DNA of 64,000 nt, taken from NCBI GenBank assembly GCA_051252135.1, contig JBPOGH010000002.1, forward strand, positions 224,001 through 288,000, given 5' to 3'. Of this stretch, positions 56,130-64,000 are shown piece after piece. The notes under the pieces are model-generated. The model worked only from the letters and a program-made list of their open reading frames with translations. It ran no database searches and was not told the DNA's origin. Source of the stretch: Verrucomicrobiaceae bacterium. GTDB lineage: Bacteria; Verrucomicrobiota; Verrucomicrobiia; Verrucomicrobiales; Akkermansiaceae. Numbering within the stretch: the stretch's first letter is position 1; each line of letters starts with the position of its first letter. The translations under genes and the position numbers were made by a program.

Positions 56130-58694
56130 CTACTTCCGCACGATGGAGTAGAAAGCTTCACAAAGATCGCCCTTGGTTGGGGGAAGGCTCTTCGAGTGGA
56201 ACTGGAATACCTGGTTTTCACCGCTCGGCGGAAGTGATTCCAAGTGGAGTGTTAGCGAGGTTCCGTCCGCCGACCGCTTCATCGAAACAATCTTGTGCCC
56301 GGTTTTATCATTCTCCGGAGAGCCATACTTCGGGCTATCGAGGTAGGTCCAGGAAGACAGACTGATCTTGTCTACTGCGGGCGCCTTTTCCAGTGCTTGC
56401 GTAAAGTGGAGCGTGAACGAAGCGCCTTCTCTTGTGACATCGTGAAGCTGGTTCGCCGGTTTGGTCTTGGTCCGATAGATTCGCACCAGCGCATCCTCCT
56501 TGCCACCTTGCGCACGCCATCCGCGACCCGTCTGCCCCACGAAAAGATCGCCCTTGGGATCAAACTCCAGCCGCATTACTCCGGAAGGAAAGCCGTGGGC
56601 AAATGGAATCAGAGCGGCCTCATGATGGGGCTTGGGCAAAATGCGGAAGATGTTTGAAAGGGTTTGGTCGCCCATGAACATCTGTCCGGTGAAGGGACCG
56701 AACTTTCCTTCGGTTCGATCCCAGACCGGGCTGCCGGGCGAGTTGGCGAGGCGCGAGTGTGGCATGAGGGCAATGGCCTTCACCTTGGAATCCTTGACCG
56801 CATCCCATTTCAGCTCGGGCGAATCCGGATTGAGACCGGGGAGATCGACCAAGCCCGAAGGATGCCCGTAGAACTTGTCCTGTTCCAAAATGAACAATTT
56901 TGAGGTGCCGACGTATTCCCCCTGGTTCTCGGAGTAGTAAAGTTTCCCGTCCGGTCCAGTTCCCAAGCCCGCCGGACTCCTCAGTCCCCATGAGAACGGG
57001 GTCATCTCTCCCTCCGGGGAAATCTGCAGGGACCATCCGCGCAGGCCACCCTGGGCACCCATCCAGGCGCCGTCGGCCTTGTAGATGTGCTTGGGATCGT
57101 TTGCTGCGGCGAGATTTGTCTGCACGTAGTAGTTTCCGTCCTCTCCCTTGGCAGGCCCATGGAGGTATTCGTGGTAGTTCACCGAGATGAGGAAGTCATC
57201 GTTGAGGGTTTCGTAGTGATCCATCCAACCATCCCCATCGGTATCGCGAAGCCGGGTTAGCTCGGGTTTTTGGGCCACGATGACGGTGTGTTCATCCTCC
57301 ACGATCACGCCCAGGGCATCGAGCAATCCTTCCCCGATCTGAACCCAGCTTCCCGCTTCCAGTTTCCACAGTCCTGCGGTGCGGGTCGATACGATGATGG
57401 CCCCGTTCGGGGAGATATCCATGCCGAGGGGTTCGAAAAGTTGCACCCGTCCGTTGACATCAAGCGGGGGGGCGATGGCCTCGGCCCCGTATCCTTGCGG
57501 AAGCCACACCTTGTCCGCTTTGCTCGAAACGATTTTTTGCAAGCCGCGATCGGTAGTGACTCCGTCGGGGCGCCAGGGATCACCGACGGGCTTTGGGAGT
57601 TGAAAGGTGATCTCGGCAGGGAGTTTGTCGACCGTCCATGTTTTTTCCTCCCGGCCCAGAACCGGAGAAAGCTGAAACTTCTGCGGTGACACGAGCTCAC
57701 CGGTGAGGGAAATTTTTCCCTGCCCGTTCGTGCCAAGAGTGAACTGAAGGTGGAACACGTTTTTTCCGACCTCAAAAGAGAAGGTCGGAACATCGGCGTG
57801 CCGGTAACCGAGGAAGTTGCCCCCCGCGGCCGCCAGTTGATCGGCGAAGTCTTCCTTCCCGTAGAGATTTTTTCCAATGGTCTCGTTGTCCCAGGTTTTG
57901 GGAGATTTGAAGGAAAGGTCGATGGGGGCGCCGGTCTTGGGATGAAGGGGCGCAAGAAGGGGGCCGTAGAGGTCCACTTCCATGGCATTCTGTCCGAGTC
58001 GGGCCGGCTTGCCTCCGCGTCCCGTGACCTCTTCACGAATGTTCAGGAATCCGCCCCACCAGACCCGTTCGATGGAAAGTGAGATGGGATCAAAGGCGTA
58101 GTTCAAGCCGCCGGGTGTCCCGACAAAGACGGCGCGTGTTGAGCTCTTGGGCACTCGGGCGCGATAGATGCGGGTCCGATCCGTGACGAGAATTTCGGCA
58201 GGGTCGGCAATGGGCGTGAGCACTTCGCTTTCGTTCTTTTTGGCATCGACCAGGACTTCCTTCGGTCCGGCTTTCCCGGCGTCGTTGAGGGTGAGGAGAT
58301 ATTGGTAAATGGCCTTGGCCTTAAAATCGGAAATGAAGGCTCCGTCATAGGGAGGCATGATTGGCAGATAGGGTTCGCCCTTGGTTGCTCCGCTTTCCGC
58401 GATCGCGATGTCCTCGGCAGCCCGGCGCAGTGATTGGCGGAAGTAATTGAAATCGGCAGTCACGGTTTGGCGGTGCTGCTCGCCACCGCTCAGGACCTCG
58501 CGCTTGCGGGCCTTTTGTTGAAACAAGCCGTAGAGTCCCGGGCCGGTCTTTACGGCATCATCGTTCTTAATCTCCGAATGACACTCGGCACAACCGACGG
58601 CGTGGAAGGTCTCGCGACCGAGTTGGACAAGATCAATTTTTTCCTGCGAGAAAGCAGGGAGAGCGAGAAGAGAAAGGAAACCGAGGAATCGCAT
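56130..58694 (-). CDS. Cytochrome c plus dehydrogenase-like beta-propeller protein (PVC-type)
   Basis: N-terminal CAECH..GPGLYG; C-terminal QKPELTRLRDTDGDG, NYHEY, GLRSPAG, ENQG. Confidence 0.82.
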   Translation of the reverse strand: MRFLGFLSLLALPAFSQEKIDLVQLGRETFHAVGCAECHSEIKNDDAVKTGPGLYGLFQQKARKREVLSGGEQHRQTVTADFNYFRQSLRRAAEDIAIAESGATKGEPYLPIMPPYDGAFISDFKAKAIYQYLLTLNDAGKAGPKEVLVDAKKNESEVLTPIADPAEILVTDRTRIYRARVPKSSTRAVFVGTPGGLNYAFDPISLSIERVWWGGFLNIREEVTGRGGKPARLGQNAMEVDLYGPLLAPLHPKTGAPIDLSFKSPKTWDNETIGKNLYGKEDFADQLAAAGGNFLGYRHADVPTFSFEVGKNVFHLQFTLGTNGQGKISLTGELVSPQKFQLSPVLGREEKTWTVDKLPAEITFQLPKPVGDPWRPDGVTTDRGLQKIVSSKADKVWLPQGYGAEAIAPPLDVNGRVQLFEPLGMDISPNGAIIVSTRTAGLWKLEAGSWVQIGEGLLDALGVIVEDEHTVIVAQKPELTRLRDTDGDGWMDHYETLNDDFLISVNYHEYLHGPAKGEDGNYYVQTNLAAANDPKHIYKADGAWMGAQGGLRGWSLQISPEGEMTPFSWGLRSPAGLGTGPDGKLYYSENQGEYVGTSKLFILEQDKFYGHPSGLVDLPGLNPDSPELKWDAVKDSKVKAIALMPHSRLANSPGSPVWDRTEGKFGPFTGQMFMGDQTLSNIFRILPKPHHEAALIPFAHGFPSGVMRLEFDPKGDLFVGQTGRGWRAQGGKEDALVRIYRTKTKPANQLHDVTREGASFTLHFTQALEKAPAVDKISLSSWTYLDSPKYGSPENDKTGHKIVSMKRSADGTSLTLHLESLPPSGENQVFQFHSKSLPPTKGDLCEAFYSIVRK

Positions 58695-58777
58695 TCCGCG
58701 AGACTTCCATTTTGGGAGCCTTTTGGAAATGGCGAAAGTCGCTAGCCAAAGCCTCCGTCCAAGGTTTCACTCTTCCC

Positions 58778-59584
58778 ATGGACAATCCCTACATGGCCCC
58801 GCAAGCACCACCGCAGGTCCAGCCGCCACCCATTCCGGCGGCGGAGAAGAAGGCCTGGAACGCGTGGTGGACCCTGCTTTGGGGTTTGGTCCTTTTTGGG
58901 ATTTGGCAGGTCGTTCAGGGGATTGGCTTTGTGATCTATATGGTCAAAGAGGGGATCATTCAAAAGATCACGCGCACGGATCCTCCGATCTCGGAAGAGG
59001 AACTGATGGGGCTTCTCATGGATGGTGATGTCATCGGCGCGGTGTCCTTTGTTGCGATCTTTGCGGTCTGTCCCGCGGCGTGGTTTTTGGGCCGGGCCAA
59101 GAAGCCCTGGGGAGGATGGGAGTATCTTGGGAATGCGGCGGTGCGCTGGTGGAAATGGCCGATGTGGCTTGCGGTGACCTATCTTCTGGGAATCGGGATG
59201 AGCTTGGTCGCGCCCTCGATGGGGATCGACGAAATGCATGAATCGATGGTCCAGATGGCGACTTCCACGGACTACGCCATTTTGCTTTTCCTGGGGGTGG
59301 CAATCGGGGCGCCGTTGGTGGAGGAGTTCATGTTCCGTGGTTTGCTTTTTCGGGGCTGGCGGGAGTCACGTCTCGGACTTTGGGGGACCCTGATCCTGAC
59401 TTCATTGATTTGGACCTCGATGCACGTGCAATACGAGGCGCCGATTCTGGGTTTCCTTTTCGTGTTCGGAATTATTTTGGGCCTGGCTCGCGAGTGGACC
59501 GGAAACGTCTGGGTTCCGGTCGCGATGCACGCGCTCAACAATGGCCTCTCGGTGATCGTGATGCTCACCACGGATTTTTCCTAG
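58778..59584 (+). CDS. CPBP (CAAX/Abi) family intramembrane glutamic protease
   Basis: APLVEEFMFRG, WTSMH, MHALNN; ATG 58778. Confidence 0.9.
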   Translation: MDNPYMAPQAPPQVQPPPIPAAEKKAWNAWWTLLWGLVLFGIWQVVQGIGFVIYMVKEGIIQKITRTDPPISEEELMGLLMDGDVIGAVSFVAIFAVCPAAWFLGRAKKPWGGWEYLGNAAVRWWKWPMWLAVTYLLGIGMSLVAPSMGIDEMHESMVQMATSTDYAILLFLGVAIGAPLVEEFMFRGLLFRGWRESRLGLWGTLILTSLIWTSMHVQYEAPILGFLFVFGIILGLAREWTGNVWVPVAMHALNNGLSVIVMLTTDFS

Positions 59585-59664
59585 GGTGAGCCGATGGCGG
59601 GATGCGGATGGTGCCTGAGAGGGTGAAGATGAATTCAGCAGGAGTTCAGGTGCCCCGGTGGGGC

Positions 59665-60300
59665 TCACTCCTTGGGGAGAAGGGGGCGGACTTTTTCCGC
59701 GATCAGGGAGGCGATGATTTTGTTTCCGGCGGGGCTGGGGTGGACGCCATCGCGGTGCATCCAGGTGGGTTCCTTGAGAAGGAGTTGATTGAGGTCGACG
59801 ACGGGGGCTTCGTTCTTTTTCGCGACTTTTATGGCGGTGTCCCGGTAGTCGGAGAGGAGTTTGGCGAGGCCTGCGGGGCCGTTGTAGTCGGCTTCCTGGT
59901 GCCGGGTGAAGTAGGGCTTGGGATCGATGGGAGGTGGGGTGCAGATGACGATCTGTGCTTTGGCCTTGCGGCAGGCCTTGGCGATGGCGGTCAGGTTTTC
60001 CTCGTACTTCGGGAGGGGGATGTGGGCGCGGTCGCTATCGACGCGGATGTCATTGGTGCCAAAGAAGACGACCACGATATCGGGATGATGATCGAGGACG
60101 TCCTTTTGAATGCGCTTGAGGCCCTGGAGGGAATTGTGGCCGGCGACGCCGGAGCTGATGACTTCGGTTCCGGTGAGTTCGGCGAGGAGTGCGGGGTAGC
60201 CGCGCTTGGTGATGCTATCGCCGAAGCAGACGATCTTCGTTTTTTCGGCGAGAGCGGCGGTTGCGGTGAGGCAAAGGATGAGGAGGGTCTTGAAGGGCAT
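59665..60300 (-). CDS. SGNH/GDSL hydrolase
   Basis: FGDSIT, SGVAG, GTND, DGVHP. Confidence 0.92.
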   Translation of the reverse strand: MPFKTLLILCLTATAALAEKTKIVCFGDSITKRGYPALLAELTGTEVISSGVAGHNSLQGLKRIQKDVLDHHPDIVVVFFGTNDIRVDSDRAHIPLPKYEENLTAIAKACRKAKAQIVICTPPPIDPKPYFTRHQEADYNGPAGLAKLLSDYRDTAIKVAKKNEAPVVDLNQLLLKEPTWMHRDGVHPSPAGNKIIASLIAEKVRPLLPKE

Positions 60301-60360
60301 CTATTGGGGGACGGTTTAGGGTGATCCGGCCTCGAGCATCAATGCCGGGAACGATGTCTG

Positions 60361-62481
60361 TCAGTTCCTGGTGACGCGATAGAAGATCTTGGGAGAGTTT
60401 GCGGGATTGAGTGAATCCTCGTAGGTGATGAAGCCATCGGTGGAGCTCGCCTGGTCGTTCAGTTCGATCCAGTCTTCGAGATCGTAGGATGCTTCGATCT
60501 TGTAGGTTGCGCCCGCATCGGCGGGGAAGGTGATGCTGGCTTTGCCATTTTCCCCAATGACGATGTTTGTAATTTCGAGAGGGGAGCTGACGAGGACCTG
60601 GAGCGGTGTGGCACCGGCAGCGAGAGAGGTGATCTGCTCTTGATCAAGGGCCCGGCTAAAGACGGCAAACTCATCGATGAGGCCACCGAAGCTTTGAGAT
60701 TCATTTGAACCATTTCCGCCGATGCGGATGCCGCCATCGATGTTTGAAAGAGGGCCGCTGTCGATTGATGATCCCTGGAGGACGCCGTCGATGTAGATTT
60801 CCTTTTCTCCGTTGGCTTTCTTTTGGAAGACAAAGTGCTGCCATTGTTTTTCGACCAAGAGGCTCGTGGAGGCTCCGGGAATGGTGAGGCGGTTGTAGGT
60901 TGCGGAGCCATCGGCGCTATCGAAGTAGATTGTGCCATCGGACCAGGGGATGTGGGCCTGGAAACCACGGGCCCCGGTGAACCAGAAGCTTGATGTCTGA
61001 ACGCCGAAGACATCGATATACTGCCAGAGGCTGACCGCCATGGCGTTGTTGATTTCGGCTTGAGCGAGATGATCGCCCAGGGGAACGAAGGCGTAGGCGG
61101 AGTCCCTTGCGGGTCCGAGGTTGAGGGCGAGATCACCGGGGTTTCCGGAATGGCCTCCTGCGTCCGCGGAGAAGGCGGCGGTGTTGACGAAGCCTGCGGC
61201 TGGCGCGTTTCCGCTCACATCAGGAGCTGACAGGGCGGTGGAGTTGTCATCGAAGTCCCAGTATCCAAGGAGTTCTAGGTTCTCACTAATGGGGGTGTCG
61301 TTGGGGTCGTTTGGATCCGAGCCCTTAATGACTTCCAGATAGTCATTGATGGTATCGGAATCCGTATCAACGAGGAACGGGCTGGAGCCTGTTTGGGTGA
61401 GATCGAGGAATGGCTTGGTGGGGTCTTCCACGCCGTCCTTCAATCCGTCCCCGTCGGTATCGGGATTGAGAGGGTTTGTGCCGCTATCGGTTTCTGCTGA
61501 AACGAAGGTGCCGGAGTTTGATTCGATGTTGTCGGGCAAGCCGTCATCATCGGTATCAGGCTTGACGGGTGAGGTGAGCAGAACGCTTTCTTCGAGGTTG
61601 GTGAGGGTGTCGTTGTCAAAATCGTCGCCGGGGAGGACGTCTGCGATGCTGGTGATGGCGTCGTTTTCATCGGCGTCGATAATCAATTGCTCGTATTCAT
61701 CGTCCATGCCGTCGGAGTCGGAATCTGAGTTATTAGCGACTTCAACAGGAGTCTGACCGGCGATGAGGTCGGCAATTTGCTCCGGTGAAAGGGCGTCGGC
61801 GTAAATGGCGAAGTCATCGATCCGCCCGCCGAATCCCTGTGAGCCATCAGCGGCGCGCGCTCCGATGAAGAAGTCGGTGGCCAATTGGGGGACGGCATTG
61901 GCTCCGGAGGGGGTCTCGGCAACGAGGACTCCATCGACCCAAATCTGTTTGTTGCCGTCGGCAACCTGCATGACAAAGTGGTGCCAGCTGTCGAGCAAGC
62001 CTGCCGGGGCGTCGACCTGGAGGCGTGCGGGTCCACTCGTGCCATTGTTGTCGAGGTAGAGGATGCCGTTTGACCATGGAGTGTGTGCCTGGAAGCCGCG
62101 AACCGGGGAGGCCGCGGTATTGAGAACCGAGAAGGTGGTTGATCCGGTGTTGCCGCCGGCACCATCTCCGATGTCGTATTGCCAGAAGCTCACGGCCATG
62201 GCATTACGGGTGGTTGCCAGGGAGAGGTCGATTCCGCTGATGAGGGCGTAAGCGCCATTATTGAAAGCTCCGACATCGAGTGAATAGTCACCGGCTTGTC
62301 CGCTGGCGCCATCGGCATCTGCGGAAATGACGGCTCCGCCTTCGAGGGTGGCGTCGTTCCCGTTCGGGGATTGGTCTGCTGTTTGGTTGTCGAAATTGTG
62401 ATAGGAGAGGAGCTCGAGTGAATAGAGCGGAGCGGTGGATGCCATGGAGATGGCAAGGGGCAGGAGGTAGGAGAGTTTCAT
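60361..62481 (-). CDS. Secreted protein with two LamG-like domains, Asp-rich Ca-binding repeats and a C-terminal beta-domain
   Basis: Two FQAH.PWS.G..WHHFV/WQHFV..IDDF/IDEF domains; DSDSDG/DTDDDG/DTDGDG repeats; terminal YKIEASYDL..FYRV. Confidence 0.87.
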   Translation of the reverse strand: MKLSYLLPLAISMASTAPLYSLELLSYHNFDNQTADQSPNGNDATLEGGAVISADADGASGQAGDYSLDVGAFNNGAYALISGIDLSLATTRNAMAVSFWQYDIGDGAGGNTGSTTFSVLNTAASPVRGFQAHTPWSNGILYLDNNGTSGPARLQVDAPAGLLDSWHHFVMQVADGNKQIWVDGVLVAETPSGANAVPQLATDFFIGARAADGSQGFGGRIDDFAIYADALSPEQIADLIAGQTPVEVANNSDSDSDGMDDEYEQLIIDADENDAITSIADVLPGDDFDNDTLTNLEESVLLTSPVKPDTDDDGLPDNIESNSGTFVSAETDSGTNPLNPDTDGDGLKDGVEDPTKPFLDLTQTGSSPFLVDTDSDTINDYLEVIKGSDPNDPNDTPISENLELLGYWDFDDNSTALSAPDVSGNAPAAGFVNTAAFSADAGGHSGNPGDLALNLGPARDSAYAFVPLGDHLAQAEINNAMAVSLWQYIDVFGVQTSSFWFTGARGFQAHIPWSDGTIYFDSADGSATYNRLTIPGASTSLLVEKQWQHFVFQKKANGEKEIYIDGVLQGSSIDSGPLSNIDGGIRIGGNGSNESQSFGGLIDEFAVFSRALDQEQITSLAAGATPLQVLVSSPLEITNIVIGENGKASITFPADAGATYKIEASYDLEDWIELNDQASSTDGFITYEDSLNPANSPKIFYRVTRN

Positions 62482-62583
62482 AAAGTCTTTTTCTAGATGT
62501 ACTTAAGTGCGCAGCTTAGGTGTTGAATCCCAGAGTGGCAATTTCTAATCTGGAACTTGTCTGATAGCTTGGGGAGGTGGCTG

Positions 62584-63999
62584 CTATTGGTGGCCGGGTT
62601 TTTTGTAGAATTCGACGGCGTCGGCGATGACGTAGCCGTCGGCTCCTTCATCGGAGATGACGACTTTTCCGGTGGTGCCTTTTTTGAAGGGGTAGACGCC
62701 GAGGGTGATGAGGGGGGCGGTTTGGGCTTTGCGCTGGTTGACTTTGAGGGTCTTGCTGCCGCCGTGGTAGTGGATGGTGACGGTGGCGTTGGTGGCGCGA
62801 TTCGGGTTGGGGGTGTAAGCGACGCGGACTTGGTAGGCTCCCTCTTCGGGGAGGTCGGGGATGTATTCGGCGCGTTGGGCGGGACCTTTTGAGGGTCCGC
62901 CGTTGTGGCGGTAGCCGGTGCCGATGTAGCCGGGGGTGGAGTGGCTGCGATGAGTGAAGCCGGTGAATTGGGCGTCGGTGTCATCGACGACAATGCCTTT
63001 GAGCTTGGAGACGGGAATGGGCGCTTTTTTGGCGGGGCGTGCGTAGTCGAGGACTTGCTTGTCGGCGAGGAGGCGGGCTTCGAGCTGGGCGGGATCGATG
63101 TCTTGCACGGAGACTTTTTGATCAATGGCCTGGCAGGCTCCGGTGGCGGCGGATTGGCCGAGGACCATGAAGACGGGTTCCATGCGGATGGAGCCGAAGG
63201 CGATGTGGGAGGCGGAGAGGGCGGCGGGGACGAGGAGGTTTTGGCACTCTTCTTTTTTGGGCCGGATGGAGCGGTAGGAGATTTGGTAGGGGCCGCCGGG
63301 GGAGACCTGGACGTCGCCTTCGTTTCGGGCGAAGCCGTTTTCATCGACGTAGCGCTGCACGTGGTGGGAGTCCATGTTGTAGGAGCCCATGCCGACGGAC
63401 ATGGGGGTTTGGCGGGTGCGGAAGCAGTCGGCTTCGGTCTGGACGTAGTCGCTGACCATGCGGCGGGCTTCGCGGACGTAGATTTGGTGCGGCCAGTTTC
63501 CGTTGTCGGTGAACTCGTCTTTGGCGAGGCCCCATTTGCTGATGTTGTCCTGGAGGTCCTTGGGGACGCGGGGGTCGTTGCAGAGGAACCAGAAGAGGCC
63601 TTTTTGGTAGGTTTCGTGTTCCTTGATGATGGCTTCGCGCGTGGCGTAATCGCCATCGGGGTAGGCGTAGTTCATGCCGATGTTATCGGTGGAAAAGCCG
63701 CCGTGATTGTTGGTGTCGGTCTTGCGATTGGGCATGGGTTTGTGGTTGCCCCAGACGTTGCGCCAACCTTTTAGGATGTAGCGGAGGTAGAGTTCGTAGC
63801 GGAGGGGGTCGTATCCTTCGGGCTTGGGAAAGGCGACGCGGTTGGCGGGGTCGTCGGTGAGGCACATGCGGAAGCAGTAGGCCTGGATGCGGTGGTCGCC
63901 GGCGCCTTCTTCGCCTGGGCCTTCGGCCTGCACGCCGGGGAGGAGGCCGCTTTTGGGGTCGCCGGGGGTGATGTAGGGGTCGACGTTGTGATCGAGTTG
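62584..63999 (-). CDS. FAD-dependent oxidoreductase (xanthan-lyase-like annotation family) with C-terminal golvesin/CBM-like domain; 5' end outside window
   Basis: IQAYCFRMC, YVREARRM, GSYNMDSH, SHIAFGSIRMEP; C-terminal VVDD..ADAVEF; frame stays open to the window edge. Confidence 0.85.
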   Translation of the reverse strand, partial: QLDHNVDPYITPGDPKSGLLPGVQAEGPGEEGAGDHRIQAYCFRMCLTDDPANRVAFPKPEGYDPLRYELYLRYILKGWRNVWGNHKPMPNRKTDTNNHGGFSTDNIGMNYAYPDGDYATREAIIKEHETYQKGLFWFLCNDPRVPKDLQDNISKWGLAKDEFTDNGNWPHQIYVREARRMVSDYVQTEADCFRTRQTPMSVGMGSYNMDSHHVQRYVDENGFARNEGDVQVSPGGPYQISYRSIRPKKEECQNLLVPAALSASHIAFGSIRMEPVFMVLGQSAATGACQAIDQKVSVQDIDPAQLEARLLADKQVLDYARPAKKAPIPVSKLKGIVVDDTDAQFTGFTHRSHSTPGYIGTGYRHNGGPSKGPAQRAEYIPDLPEEGAYQVRVAYTPNPNRATNATVTIHYHGGSKTLKVNQRKAQTAPLITLGVYPFKKGTTGKVVISDEGADGYVIADAVEFYKKPGHQ

Positions 64000-64000
64000 G

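Noticed and set aside
58778..59584. CPBP/Abi protease as an anti-phage system
   Set aside because: Common membrane protease with no defence context
61300..61730. Repeated gtcgtc/atcggt motifs as a CRISPR or DNA repeat array
   Set aside because: They encode Asp-rich Ca-binding protein repeats; no constant repeat-spacer pattern and no cas genes

Overview
Gene-dense bacterial chromosome segment with no phage, IS, integrase or CRISPR signature. The gene content points to Verrucomicrobiota (PVC superphylum); this is inferred from a PEP-CTERM protein, PVC-type heme/propeller proteins, a fused LpxC-FabZ, sulfatases and LamG surface proteins. Housekeeping genes include pstCAB-phoU, ileS, tsaB, citrate synthase, menD, lpxC-fabZ, Nif3, tRNA-Gly(TCC), prc, yggS and nnr. 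These are interspersed with many secreted carbohydrate or redox proteins. Most notable: (1) a PaaK-like ligase coupled to a single ORF fusing an aquaglyceroporin to an EEP phosphoesterase; (2) an export-only polysaccharide module (secreted helical protein, beta-barrel, Wzc, short non-lipidated Wza) after tRNA-Gly; (3) a three-gene ABCG-type exporter operon with two uncharacterised partners; (4) a PhnDCE-like ('selenate-type') ABC transporter followed by a PhyH dioxygenase; (5) a PstC with a ~320-aa extracytoplasmic insertion; (6) a recurrent short beta-domain shared by a di-heme protein and a LamG protein; (7) several clean operator/promoter motifs and a local GC-skew reversal. All functional calls come from motif recognition by eye, without database searches.
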